Part shown: positions 1-10,539 of the stretch, piece by piece
How the letters are laid out: every line of letters starts with the position of its first letter
Numbering within the stretch: position 1 is the first letter of the stretch
Assembly (NCBI GenBank): GCA_000004985.1
Contig: GG738912.1
Reading direction: 5' to 3' (one strand)
DNA from: Naegleria gruberi
Lineage: Eukaryota
Length of the DNA stretch: 64,000 nucleotides
Made by a program: the position numbers and the translations under genes
The notes under the pieces: model-generated
Seen by the model: only the letters and a program-made list of their open reading frames with translations
Told to the model about the DNA's origin: nothing
Database searches by the model: none

Positions 1-131
1 CTAACCATACTGTTGATTCCTCAGAGTAGCAATATCAGACAAGTTTAAAAGCAAATGGAAAAAATTACGGCATTAATTCTTTATTTGTTTGGTTATGTAC
101 AGGGCTTGGTATATAGTATTATATTATTATA

Positions 132-2696
132 TCAATGAATCATGGTCAACCATAAAAATACAATCATGATTGAAGCAAAACTCATTAAACCAGAAAAGTA
201 ATTGTATGAGTGCATTCCCAACGAAACAATTGGCGAAACTGCACGATTTTGACACTTCTCTCCAGAGGTATTATTCAAGCAAAGGCAAACATTCTTATCA
301 ATACAGATACCAATAGAAGAACACACCTCAGGGCTTGCTTGCATCACATCAAAACACGTAAAATTTTGACAATTATTTCCATAATATCCATCCAAACAAG
401 TGCAATTATTGAAACTTGAACAAAATCCATGTCCAGAGCAAACTCTTGAATCATTCTTTGAGATTCCAAGGCAATCAAATGATTCACATTTTGAGCCGTA
501 ATATCCCTTAGAACATGTACAATTGTTGTGGCTTGAGCATATTCCATGACTAGAACAAGTTGATGGATTTAAAGAACTCAATCCATAACATGAATATTGA
601 CTGCAATCTGAACCTGAATATCCTATAAAGCAAGTACAATTGTTGAAACTGGAGCAAATACCATGTGCGGAGCAGACTGATTCAGCATTCTTGGAAATAT
701 CAAAGCAATTGTAATGTTCACAAGTTGCTCCATAATAACCTTCGAGTTGACATGAGCAGTTATTGTAACTTGAACAAATTCCTCGAGCAGAGCAAACAGT
801 TGGATCATTGGAGGACTTTCCAGAGCAATTAAATTGTTCACAATTAGCTCCATAATATCCATCCTGACACAGACATTGGTCAACTTGTAAACATTTTCCG
901 TGTCCTGAGCAAACAGAAGGATTATCTTGAGGAGTTCCATAACAATTGAATAGTTGACAAGCAGCTCCATAGTAACCATTTGAGCAATTGCAAGTATTAT
1001 AATCAGTGCATAAACCATGGGATGAGCAAACAAGTGAGTCATTTGATTCAAGACCAAAACATTTGAATGATTGGCAAGATTGACCAAAATAACCAGTATT
1101 ACATGAGCAATTATTAAAAGTAACACATTTACCATGAGCAGAACAAACTGAAGGATCCATTGAATTCACACCAAAACAATCAAAGAATTCACAATTAGTT
1201 CCGTAATACCCAGTTGAGCAAGTGCAATTTTCAAGTGAAGAACAAACACCATTTCCAGAACAAACCGATGCATTTCTCCAATTCACTCCATTACAATTGA
1301 AATCTTCACAATTTTCTCCATAATATCCTTCATCAACATTACAAGAACATTGATTATGAGTGGTGCAATTTCCTCTTCCAGAACAAACACCAAAATCTTG
1401 GTTCGTCTTTCCAAAACATTGAACATGACACAATCCATCAATTAGAGCATGTGTTTCCTCACAAAAAGCAGTCAACTTTCTAATAGCATGGTTTCCAGCA
1501 TCTGAGATATAGATTTCACTCAAACTTCTCAATTGTCGTATGGCAAGGTTAACTGGATTATTCAATTGAGCATCAGTTGATAAACCACCATCTCCACTGA
1601 AGCCAACACTTGAAGTTCCTGCAATTGTGACAATGATTCCATTTGAAAAAACTTTTCTAATTCGATTGTTACCAGAATCGGCCAAAAACATTTCACCACT
1701 AGACGAAACAACAAGTCCTTTTGGAGAGGAAAGCTGTGCACTTGTTGCCTGACCACCATCTCCACCAAAACCACTTCCAGTTCCAATAACTGCATTGATA
1801 ATTCCTGAACTTTGTTTAATTCTTCTCACAACATTATATAAACTATCAACAAAGAATACATCGAGGTCTGAATTGACTGCAATTTGATAAGGAATTCCAA
1901 GCCATGCATTAATTCCCAAACCACCATCTCCCAAATATGAATTAGTCTGTCCTCTACCAGAAACATCATACAAGCCATTGGCATAAACCTTTCTGATCAT
2001 GTTATTTTCAGTGTCAGTAAATATCAACTCTCCATTTGGGCTTAAACATAGACCTCGAATGACATTGAACCATCCGAATGCATTACCATCTCCTGGAGAG
2101 GTATATCCTCTACCTCCATCTCCTACAAAAGGTCTAATATAACCAGTATTGAGATCGAGTCTTCTTACTACATTGTTAAAAGTATCGGCAATGTATAAAT
2201 CACTATTTGATGGGCTGAGTGAGAGACCTTGAGGGGAGAAGAATTGGCAGTTTACAGCTGGTCCGTTATCACCAGAATAACCTTGTGTTCTTGATCCAGC
2301 AATAGTTTGAATAGTTCCATTTAAATATACCTTTCGAATAATATTGTTGGTTGAATCTGAGAGGTAAACTTCGCCACTCTCTGAAACAGCAACACCCTGG
2401 GGAGAACTAAGCATTGTCTCAATGGCCAAACCACCATCACCATTATAACCTGCGCTACCTGTCCCAGCAATTGTTGAGATATTGTAACGTGGAGCCATTA
2501 TTTCACATTCAGAACCAAAATAACCAACATTACATGAACATGCGTTATTGGCTTGACATAATCCATTACCAGAGCAGACAGCTGGTTCTTGATCTGTTTT
2601 ACCAAAGCATGTGAAGGTTATGTTGGTAGCTTGCAAAAGCGTGGCCAAAAAGATCAACAATATGATTGTTGAGAGTAAAGAGTTGGCATTTGACAT
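132..2696 (-). CDS. Secreted/membrane EGF-repeat + NHL-repeat (six-bladed beta-propeller) protein with a C-terminal hydrophobic tail. The likely start is the internal Met at 2696, which gives a signal peptide MSNANSLLSTIILLIFLATLLQA.
   Basis: ORF 132..2885 (-). About 13 tenascin-type EGF units (CxxxGxCxxxNxCxCxxGYxGxxC) flank a central run of NHL-like repeats (…NNxIRKV…, …NHAIRKL…). N-terminal signal peptide after the second Met. The C-terminal hydrophobic stretch suggests a TM or GPI anchor. Confidence 0.6.
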   Translation of the reverse strand: MSNANSLLSTIILLIFLATLLQATNITFTCFGKTDQEPAVCSGNGLCQANNACSCNVGYFGSECEIMAPRYNISTIAGTGSAGYNGDGGLAIETMLSSPQGVAVSESGEVYLSDSTNNIIRKVYLNGTIQTIAGSRTQGYSGDNGPAVNCQFFSPQGLSLSPSNSDLYIADTFNNVVRRLDLNTGYIRPFVGDGGRGYTSPGDGNAFGWFNVIRGLCLSPNGELIFTDTENNMIRKVYANGLYDVSGRGQTNSYLGDGGLGINAWLGIPYQIAVNSDLDVFFVDSLYNVVRRIKQSSGIINAVIGTGSGFGGDGGQATSAQLSSPKGLVVSSSGEMFLADSGNNRIRKVFSNGIIVTIAGTSSVGFSGDGGLSTDAQLNNPVNLAIRQLRSLSEIYISDAGNHAIRKLTAFCEETHALIDGLCHVQCFGKTNQDFGVCSGRGNCTTHNQCSCNVDEGYYGENCEDFNCNGVNWRNASVCSGNGVCSSLENCTCSTGYYGTNCEFFDCFGVNSMDPSVCSAHGKCVTFNNCSCNTGYFGQSCQSFKCFGLESNDSLVCSSHGLCTDYNTCNCSNGYYGAACQLFNCYGTPQDNPSVCSGHGKCLQVDQCLCQDGYYGANCEQFNCSGKSSNDPTVCSARGICSSYNNCSCQLEGYYGATCEHYNCFDISKNAESVCSAHGICSSFNNCTCFIGYSGSDCSQYSCYGLSSLNPSTCSSHGICSSHNNCTCSKGYYGSKCESFDCLGISKNDSRVCSGHGFCSSFNNCTCLDGYYGNNCQNFTCFDVMQASPEVCSSIGICIDKNVCLCLNNTSGEKCQNRAVSPIVSLGMHSYNYFSGLMSFASIMIVFLWLTMIH

Positions 2697-3069
2697 TTTT
2701 AATTGATGTTTGTCCTGAATCTTTCCAGTGGAGCTTTTATAACATGGCCATGGATGAACCGTTGAAAGTGAAATTGGACACTTGCAAGTGTCGTTGGAGC
2801 TCAGAAATTGTCGTTTGATTAATGAAAAGTAATTTTTTGGATTGGCATTTCCATTTAATGAAAGCACTTGTTGGTTCATCTTCAACGTTTCATTTTCATG
2901 AAATTACAACGGAAAATCGTTCCATTGTATTCAACTCAATTGATTTTGTATTTTTTCTAATTTCCAAATATGGACTAATTTCTTTTAAGGAAAATATAAA
3001 ACAATACAGAGAAAAACGAGATCTGAAACTGGAGCGAAATGTTGATAGCATTCTATTGATTCATCTGAC

Positions 3070-5655
3070 TCATTCATTTTTCTTCAATATTGCTTCCATC
3101 AACTCATCACTGATTCCATCTTCCAGCTCATCTATTTCCTCTGCATGTCCCATTAAATTCAAAATATACTTAATTCCTGTATAAAACTCTTTCAATGGAA
3201 TTCTGAGAGGTGACTTGTTGATTGAGCAGCACAGTAATCTAGTAATGTAATTTCTCAATTTGATATCAATACTTCCATATAAATTTTCAATGATTTTGCT
3301 GATGAATTGATGAACTTTCTCCTCTTGGTTTAAAATCATCCAATCGAAAAAGGTTTTCTCCTCAACTTCCAAATCAGTATTTATGAGCATGAATAAATAT
3401 ATACATCCTAGAGAGTAGATATCAACTCTTTCATATAAATTATTATTGGAACGTGTTTTTTCGAATAGTTCAGGAGCTGCATATTCTCTTGTGCCTTGAA
3501 CTAGAGTAGTTCTTACAAGATCCAAATCAGCAATTTTACATTCGTCATGATCTGAGATTCGTGGCACCACTTTATCTTCGATTCTGTAGATTAAAATGTT
3601 TTGAGGTTTCAAATCTCTGTGAATTATTCCATTTTGATGTAAATAAATGCATCCCTTGAGAATATCTCTGAATAGCATTGTAATTTCCTTCAGGGATAGG
3701 TTTCTTTGTGACTCTATGTACTGTTTCAAATTTTGTTCAGCTAATTCCATAATTACAAAATAAAAATTATCCAATGATTGATAGACGACATCATATTCCA
3801 AATATCTAACCACATTGGGATGATCAAATTCTTTTGCTTTCTTGAAAGCTTCCATTAGCCTTGTTAAATCATTCATTATTGAACTCTCTCTGTATGTTTT
3901 CAAAGCAACAATACGACCTAGTTTTTTATCCATAACTTTGTCAACCACGCCTTTCCCACATCCTATGCCTCTTTCAAGGAATATAAATCTGTCTTTTTCG
4001 TTGATAATTTTCGTCAAACTACTTTGATAACTTATGAGTGTTGGTATATTATTGAGCTGTATAGTTTCATTCTTATTATTTAATGAAATATCTTGAATTT
4101 CACCTTTCAAGAATTGTAAAACATTCTCCAGAATTGTTTTATACAAATAGCAATTCAACCTTTTGGTTGTATCTCTTTGTATCATTGTAATTATACATCT
4201 ACTCAAGATATCAGTTACTCCAAAATTAGTATTAATTGTCTTGTTGAGTATTTTTCCAATTGCATAATGTAATTTCAATTCCCCATCATTTGTTGTCGAA
4301 ACAGAGGAGAAATATTTTCCAAAGGTAGTAAAATACATGTAATCATCATCATATTTAGATATATCTGAATCATTTAAAAATAGTTCATCTAACTGTAATG
4401 GACAGTTTGTAAATAATTTCAAAAGTATACATCCCAATGAGAACAAATGACCATTGTTAATTTGTTTTTGGTTATTACCATTCCTAGGAGCTTCAACTAA
4501 GCTTTCAGGTGGCATATATGGCACCTTTCTAACTGCCATTAATGGGTAACTATCTATCGCCTTTGCTGTGTTAAAGTTAATGATTTTGTAATAATCTTGA
4601 ACTTTTACAATATTTTTAGGATCCAAATCTCTGTGTAAAGTATAGTGTTCATTAATTGAACTGACAGACGTCAACACCTTGATAAATATCTCAATTATTT
4701 CTATTATTTTATCTTTTGAAATGAATCCATCTCTATAAAACCCTTCTTCATTATTTCTTGTAATATAATCTGATAATGATTGCTCTCCAAGTTCCATCAC
4801 TGAATACAAGTGACCACCAATTGTGTCACATTCAAAGTATTTAATCTTTCCTTCAATGTCTGTTTTCAATAATTTGATGAGCTCTCTTGTTGATTCTTCG
4901 TTTTTTTCAGCTTCGTATTTTAATTTTATGGCCCTCAATGTTTTCGATTTTTTGAGAAATACTTTGAAAACAGTTCCTTCGCCTTCATATCCTAATATTG
5001 ATATAAAATCATAATCACTCTTGAAATGGTTATAAAAAAGATTGAGGCATCTGAATATTCGTGAAAAATCACCAAAATAAATGTCATATTTTGAGAGTTT
5101 GTAATTGTCGAATGTATTCTCAGTCTCCAGCCAGATAGTTGCAAATATTAATATCTGATTGATTTCCTTTTTAGAATAAAATGATTTTTCAAACTTGTCT
5201 GAAATTCTTTCCACACTCCTTTTCAAATCTTTCAAAATGGTTGACTGTGAAGGATTTTCTTCAAGAAATTTATCCAATCTGAAACAAAATAAATAATAAT
5301 CACCTGTTTTTATGGTTGGCAACTCATCAATGGAGGGTTCTAAATTTTTCAACTGTTTCAAGATTTGGAAAATAATTAGTTTTTCAACAAATTCGGACGA
5401 ATAGGTTGGATTCGTAAAATTGAAAAAGGAGTTTCGTTTTGATTTTGGTTCAACATTGGGCAATATGACACAATTGTATAAATCTTTTTCATCACCAAAA
5501 TTTCGAGAATACTTGTCGAGAACATTTCTCGATAATTTTGTGTGAAGATTTTCAACAACTGATTCGTCAATGTCGAGAGAGAATGTTTCATCACGGATTT
5601 GTGTTTGTGGCTGAGCATGATCAAACCAAACCAGTGAAAGAAACTTGTCAAACAT
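3070..5655 (-). CDS. Tandem dual protein kinase. The C-terminal domain looks like an active Ser/Thr kinase and the N-terminal domain looks degenerate (pseudokinase-like).
   Basis: The C-terminal domain has GxGxxG-like GIGCGKGVV, VALK, HRDLKPQNILI and GTREYAAPE. The N-terminal domain has AIKLK and HRDLDPKNIV, but DFG is replaced by NFN and APE by PPE. ATG at 5655 follows an A-run. Confidence 0.75.
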   Translation of the reverse strand: MFDKFLSLVWFDHAQPQTQIRDETFSLDIDESVVENLHTKLSRNVLDKYSRNFGDEKDLYNCVILPNVEPKSKRNSFFNFTNPTYSSEFVEKLIIFQILKQLKNLEPSIDELPTIKTGDYYLFCFRLDKFLEENPSQSTILKDLKRSVERISDKFEKSFYSKKEINQILIFATIWLETENTFDNYKLSKYDIYFGDFSRIFRCLNLFYNHFKSDYDFISILGYEGEGTVFKVFLKKSKTLRAIKLKYEAEKNEESTRELIKLLKTDIEGKIKYFECDTIGGHLYSVMELGEQSLSDYITRNNEEGFYRDGFISKDKIIEIIEIFIKVLTSVSSINEHYTLHRDLDPKNIVKVQDYYKIINFNTAKAIDSYPLMAVRKVPYMPPESLVEAPRNGNNQKQINNGHLFSLGCILLKLFTNCPLQLDELFLNDSDISKYDDDYMYFTTFGKYFSSVSTTNDGELKLHYAIGKILNKTINTNFGVTDILSRCIITMIQRDTTKRLNCYLYKTILENVLQFLKGEIQDISLNNKNETIQLNNIPTLISYQSSLTKIINEKDRFIFLERGIGCGKGVVDKVMDKKLGRIVALKTYRESSIMNDLTRLMEAFKKAKEFDHPNVVRYLEYDVVYQSLDNFYFVIMELAEQNLKQYIESQRNLSLKEITMLFRDILKGCIYLHQNGIIHRDLKPQNILIYRIEDKVVPRISDHDECKIADLDLVRTTLVQGTREYAAPELFEKTRSNNNLYERVDIYSLGCIYLFMLINTDLEVEEKTFFDWMILNQEEKVHQFISKIIENLYGSIDIKLRNYITRLLCCSINKSPLRIPLKEFYTGIKYILNLMGHAEEIDELEDGISDELMEAILKKNE

Positions 5656-5842
5656 TTTTTAACAACTGAAAATTTGCATGCACGACATGTGACTTTCATA
5701 AGAATATTCTCAAGAATTTCCAAAAAGTTTTTAGACGAAATATTTAGGATAGGTTTCCAGCGAGGCTTCTGGAGCCTTTCTCATTGAATAACAACTCAGA
5801 GAGCTCTCATTGTGTGTCTCAGTGATAGATTTTTTTTAAGAT

Positions 5843-5966
5843 GAAACGTGATATTGAGTTTAGTGCAATTTACAAAAAAGCGAAACGTGATCAGCTATCT
5901 TGCAATCTCTTCCAAACATCTGCGTGCGTTTTTAAATTTCATACGAAACGTGATATTGAGTTTAGT
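5843..5966. promoter_or_regulatory. Bidirectional promoter region carrying three copies of GAAACGTGAT (two as a 22-bp repeat gaaacgtgatattgagtttagt). It lies between divergent genes starting at 5655 (-) and 6001 (+).
   Basis: Direct reading: copies at 5843-5864, 5882-5891 and 5945-5966. Confidence 0.4.
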
Positions 5967-6000
5967 CTAACTTTTTCATTCCATTTCAACCTAAAAAAAA

Positions 6001-6918
6001 ATGTTTGAACATAATGATCAAGACAGTGCTGTCACTCTTTCTCTCATCGATTTTCATTCATACATTTCCACCAATTTATTAGAAAAATTCAAAAAGAAAC
6101 TTTGCTCACCTCTTTCTCCCCTGATTGAATTTTCACAGAATTTTACAAAAATTTACAAACTTCCAGAGCCATATGTTTACAATGTGGCAATTTGTCAGGA
6201 GCTTAATTATTTAATTGTCGGCTCGTTTTCAACTATAAATTTTTATAATTTGGTGACTCATGAAGGATTATTTCAAATTCCATTTGATGATGGAATTTAT
6301 GACTTGGATTTGGAGAGGGAAAATTCAGGTCAATTTAATTTGATAGTTTCTAGTAGAAACAATGAGTTATTCAAGTTTAATTTTACTGAAATGATAAAGA
6401 CGAAGGAGTTAGGAGAGCCAATTTGGAAATCTGAAAAGAGATTTAACCAAATTTGGGGTCTAACACGTTTCAAAACTGAAATTTATGTAGTTGATCATAG
6501 AGAGAAAATGTTTGCTTTTGATTTAAAGACAGGAAAATTACGCCATGATATTCAAATCGATCTTTCTGAGAACTTGGTTGATTTGGTTTTCACTCCAGAA
6601 GAGGAAATGATTGTGTGTGGAATAGATCAGTTACACATTTTGAAATTCAATGAAAAATCTAAAGGATGGGAAAAGATTAAAACCTTGGATAACAAAGATC
6701 ATATCATTAACGATTGCTTCAGTGTATGTTATGAAAAAAAGACGAGATTGATCTATCTCACCGACATGTATGGTAAATTATTCATATTCGATAGACAATT
6801 CAACCTATTGAAGGAAGTGGAAGGTTTGTCATATCCATATGGTGTTGCAATTAATGATAAGAATGGAGAATTGTTCCTATGTAACACTGGAGCATGTGAA
6901 ATACTAGTTTACAAATAG
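6001..6918 (+). CDS. Hypothetical protein with NHL-like beta-propeller repeats.
   Basis: Intact 305-aa ORF with A-rich Kozak context. The C-terminal YPYGVAINDKNGELFLCNTGACEILVY resembles an NHL repeat. No other recognisable motif. Confidence 0.45.
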   Translation: MFEHNDQDSAVTLSLIDFHSYISTNLLEKFKKKLCSPLSPLIEFSQNFTKIYKLPEPYVYNVAICQELNYLIVGSFSTINFYNLVTHEGLFQIPFDDGIYDLDLERENSGQFNLIVSSRNNELFKFNFTEMIKTKELGEPIWKSEKRFNQIWGLTRFKTEIYVVDHREKMFAFDLKTGKLRHDIQIDLSENLVDLVFTPEEEMIVCGIDQLHILKFNEKSKGWEKIKTLDNKDHIINDCFSVCYEKKTRLIYLTDMYGKLFIFDRQFNLLKEVEGLSYPYGVAINDKNGELFLCNTGACEILVYK

Positions 6919-6997
6919 GTCAAATCATTTTTTTTACAATTTTATTGAATTTTTCAATAAATCTCAATAATTTCAATCGAATAGATGATTATCAACA

Positions 6998-7103
6998 TAT
7001 TGGAATGCAATCACATCCACTGATTTACAAATTGGATAACAAAATAGATTTATTGGAATGCAATCACATCCACTGATTTACAAATTGGATAACAAAATAG
7101 ATT
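6998..7103. repeat. Perfect 53-bp tandem duplication in the upstream region of the gene at 7137.
   Basis: tattggaatgcaatcacatccactgatttacaaattggataacaaaatagatt occurs twice back to back (6998-7050 and 7051-7103). Confidence 0.8.
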
Positions 7104-7136
7104 TCAAAATTCTCAATTTTTAAAAATTAAAAAAAA

Positions 7137-8288
7137 ATGTCCAAACCATCGGAACAAAAATCATCATCTCCGACTATTGCCGCCACCACTGATGAAAGTA
7201 AACAATCACAGTGTGGATGTAGTGGTCATCATCACCATCAACATCATGAAAAACCACTCAAATTATTTTCCATGTATCCAGAGTTGGAAGAAGTGACCCC
7301 GAAGGATGTTAGTAAATCAGCACTTCATGCCATTTTGGTTGATGATAACAAATTCCTTTGGAGTGGATACAGAAAATTACCAGTTAGTGATTATTGGAGA
7401 TCTTTTCTTTCCGTTTTTACACTCCATAATGAAACTATTAATATTTGGAATCACTTTATACCATCATTGATTTATTGTGTTTTTGCTTTTTATATTAATC
7501 ATTATGTAACTGAGGCTAATCCGAATGCCAAGTTTTTGGATAGAGCAAGTTTTATCTTTTATTGTGTTACTGGTATTTTCACATTTGGATTCAGTGCAAT
7601 GTATCACACTTGGAGAATGAATAGTATTAATGATTATCATTTCTGTTTATTGTGTGATATTAGAGGTATTGTTGTACTTGTTTCAGGTGCCAATGCTTTG
7701 AGTATTACTTTGCAAATTAAGGATTATGAATATTGGCAATGGATTTACTCTACTGTTAATATTGTTTTGGTTGTCTTTTTCATCTTTTGGATTAGAAAGA
7801 TGGTTAGAGAGAGATTGACTAATCAAAGAACAATTTACTTTACCATTTACAGTCTCATTCCTTTATTTACCTTGGTTCATCGTTTCATTTTGCAATCATC
7901 CTCAGTGAATGATTTCTATAGTATGATCAAGTATTGTATCTTGCCAAGATCAACTCACGAATATTTTGGAATTTCTCATGCCCATGTTAATTTGAATATT
8001 AAGGATATCATGTGGCAAGATAATCACTCAACTAATTCTTATTTCCCTAATGGAGTTTTGGATGTTAATTATGAATTAGTTCAACTTTTCATTGTCAATT
8101 ATTTACTTTTAGGTCTTGGAATGTTCATCAGAGGTTACAAGGCACCAGAAAGATGGATTCCTTACAAATTTGATTTATTTGGAGCTAGTCATCAAATCTT
8201 CCATTTCATGTCAGTTTATGCCAGTTTTTTAGTAGTTCACGGATTTTACATTTTATATTCTCAAGGAGCTTTCCCAGATCGTTTGTAA
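7137..8288 (+). CDS. PAQR / hemolysin-III family 7-TM receptor (adiponectin-receptor-like) with an N-terminal His-rich tract.
   Basis: PAQR motifs HNETINIWNHFIP near the N-terminus and HQIFHF in the last TM. Seven predicted hydrophobic segments. Contains CGCSGHHHHQHHEK. Confidence 0.7.
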   Translation: MSKPSEQKSSSPTIAATTDESKQSQCGCSGHHHHQHHEKPLKLFSMYPELEEVTPKDVSKSALHAILVDDNKFLWSGYRKLPVSDYWRSFLSVFTLHNETINIWNHFIPSLIYCVFAFYINHYVTEANPNAKFLDRASFIFYCVTGIFTFGFSAMYHTWRMNSINDYHFCLLCDIRGIVVLVSGANALSITLQIKDYEYWQWIYSTVNIVLVVFFIFWIRKMVRERLTNQRTIYFTIYSLIPLFTLVHRFILQSSSVNDFYSMIKYCILPRSTHEYFGISHAHVNLNIKDIMWQDNHSTNSYFPNGVLDVNYELVQLFIVNYLLLGLGMFIRGYKAPERWIPYKFDLFGASHQIFHFMSVYASFLVVHGFYILYSQGAFPDRL

Positions 8289-8625
8289 ACTATAAATTCC
8301 GTCTTCTTTTGTGTTGTAATGGATTCGAATATAATTTTCAATAATTCAATAAGCAAATTTCAGAACACAAATTTTTATCCAAACCGCAGTCATGTAAATA
8401 ACCTGGGAAGTGATACAAAAGTTTCATTCTGCTGTCTCGAGTCATTCCCCTTTTGCAATAGGGACATTTGAAAAGTGACGCATCATATTTCATCATTAAA
8501 AAAATTAAGCATTTGTTTCGTTTTTAAACCACCGGCGGTTGATTCATCTTCTACAAAATCAACAAACAACAAATACGCGTCCTTGTCGGTTGTGCTTTCA
8601 ATTTTTAAACGAAACTAAACTAAAG

Positions 8626-10101
8626 ATGAAGAGTCTGTTAGTTCTTCTCATGTTATTAGGAGTGGCTACTCTTCTAATGATGATCACTCCAGCAAGCCTT
8701 CAAAAAGAGCTTCCAATTACAATTCAATCATCAACAAAGGACAAGGTTATGGATGAATATTTAAAACAAATTACAGTCGAAACTATTGATTCAAATGATG
8801 ATTCAGGTAACAAGACAGTTAATTGTTGTAATGTTTGCCCAGTTCCAAAGATTATTATTATTCCAAAATATACAACAATCAAAGTTCCAATTAATATTCC
8901 ATATCCAGTATTGAAACCAATTCCACCACATCACGATGATGATGTTGTTGATAAATGTCCATCTGATTATCAATTCGTTCCACCAAACAAGTGTTCTAAA
9001 ACAATAATTATTGAAAAGAAGAAGAATTGTCCAATTGGATTTATTAGAATTGGTGAAACTGAATGTTTGAGATTGGTTATTATTCATAATAATATTCCAC
9101 CAATGAAAGTTGTTTGTCCACCTGGATATATTCCATTTGTAATTTCAAAGAATTCAGAGGAATATTTGAAATTGAAGGATTTACCAAAGGATTTACCTTC
9201 TAATGATTTCTTCTTTAAGAATGATACAAAGAATACTGTTTTAGGATGTAAGAAGAGTAAGAAAATTCATATTGATGAGGAAATTCCACATTGGACTTGT
9301 CCAAAGGGTTATTATTATCATTCTCCTTTCCATTGTGTTAAATCAGTTGAATGTCCAAAGAAGGGTGGTTGGATCAAGTTGACCGATGGTCGTTGCATTC
9401 GTACTTTATTCAAATGTCCACGTGGTTATAAGAAAGTTGGTAGACATGGGTTGACCTGTATCAAGATTAACATGAAATGTCCAAAGGGATACAGACAATC
9501 AAAGAAGAATCCACGTTTATGTTTAAAGACAAAGATCATTGTCAAGATTAAGTGTCCAAAGAAATCAATTTACAGTGAAGAAAAGAAGACCTGTATCTGG
9601 AAGAAATGTGCTACTGTCAGATGTAATGGAGCTTTGAAATGTCCAAAGGGTCAAATCTTGGCTCTCAAATCCAAGAAGGATTGTTGTCCATCATGCGTTC
9701 CATGTGCATGCTCTGCTGAATACCATCCAGTTTGTACCAAGGATGGTGTCACTGTTTTCAATTTGTGTTCTGCCAAATGTTTGGGATTGGAAGTTAAACA
9801 TGAAGGTGAATGTAAGATTACTGAAATTATCAAGATCACCAAGACATGCCCACCATGTGATCAATGTAAGAACGTTCCAAAGAAACCAGTTTGTGGTGTT
9901 GATGGTGTGACCTATCCAAACACTTGTGTTGCCAAGTGTGTCACTTCTGGTAAATTCGAAATGAAGAGAAAGGGCAAATGCAGTCCTGCTGATTGTGACG
10001 AAGCTGAATCCAATAAGACTGTCTCTGAATTCCTTCCATTCTTTGAACGTGTTTTAAAGTCTGAATTGATCAATGCCAAACAAAGAAAGCAAAAGAAATA
10101 A
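8626..10101 (+). CDS. Secreted cysteine-rich protein with two C-terminal Kazal-type inhibitor domains. The likely start is the Met at 8626 preceding the signal peptide.
   Basis: Signal peptide MKSLLVLLMLLGVATLL. Many CPxGY Cys-rich repeats. Kazal signatures CxxEYHPVCTKDGVTVFNLCSAKC and CKNVPKKPVCGVDGVTYPNTCVAKC. Confidence 0.65.
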   Translation: MKSLLVLLMLLGVATLLMMITPASLQKELPITIQSSTKDKVMDEYLKQITVETIDSNDDSGNKTVNCCNVCPVPKIIIIPKYTTIKVPINIPYPVLKPIPPHHDDDVVDKCPSDYQFVPPNKCSKTIIIEKKKNCPIGFIRIGETECLRLVIIHNNIPPMKVVCPPGYIPFVISKNSEEYLKLKDLPKDLPSNDFFFKNDTKNTVLGCKKSKKIHIDEEIPHWTCPKGYYYHSPFHCVKSVECPKKGGWIKLTDGRCIRTLFKCPRGYKKVGRHGLTCIKINMKCPKGYRQSKKNPRLCLKTKIIVKIKCPKKSIYSEEKKTCIWKKCATVRCNGALKCPKGQILALKSKKDCCPSCVPCACSAEYHPVCTKDGVTVFNLCSAKCLGLEVKHEGECKITEIIKITKTCPPCDQCKNVPKKPVCGVDGVTYPNTCVAKCVTSGKFEMKRKGKCSPADCDEAESNKTVSEFLPFFERVLKSELINAKQRKQKK

Positions 10102-10539
10102 ATTCTTCCTCAACTGTTTTGACCCCAATATTGAAAAGATCATAAAAATCTTCGCACCAATCACTTGACTATAAATTATAATGGCTCATATATGAAGTGA
10201 GTTTGAGGAATTTTAAATCTTAAAATCCCTTAACAAATTGTGATGAGCTCCACTACTATCAGTCTGAATTTATTTTACTATGTGCCATCCCGATCTCAAT
10301 TTTTGAATATTAATGTACTTATCGACTTTAAAAAAAATACTTTACGGAACAAGCGTATTCTTGTGGATTTGTTGTTGCGCGAACATGGAACATTAAGAAT
10401 TGTTTGCGATATGTTTGATCAGAAAAAACTGCCAATATTCCAGCTATCATTATTATCATCGTGATGGAGGTAAAACTTGCAGAAGGTTGGTATTTTCTCG
10501 AAGGGTTGTTTTCATAATAATAATAATTAATGAAATGAA

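Noticed and set aside
210-1135. Plus- and minus-strand small ORFs (210..419, 344..547, 623..1135) inside the EGF/NHL gene.
   Set aside because: They are shadow ORFs overlapping a long motif-rich ORF in another frame or strand. They have no start context and no motifs.
2822-3184. ORF 2822..3184 (+) bridging two minus-strand genes.
   Set aside because: It lies in the intergenic and 3' regions of the flanking genes, is low-complexity S-rich, and has no support.
8539-8625. N-terminal extension of the Kazal protein ORF (start at 8539).
   Set aside because: The signal peptide begins at the Met at 8626, and the upstream Met would bury it. The 8626 start is preferred.
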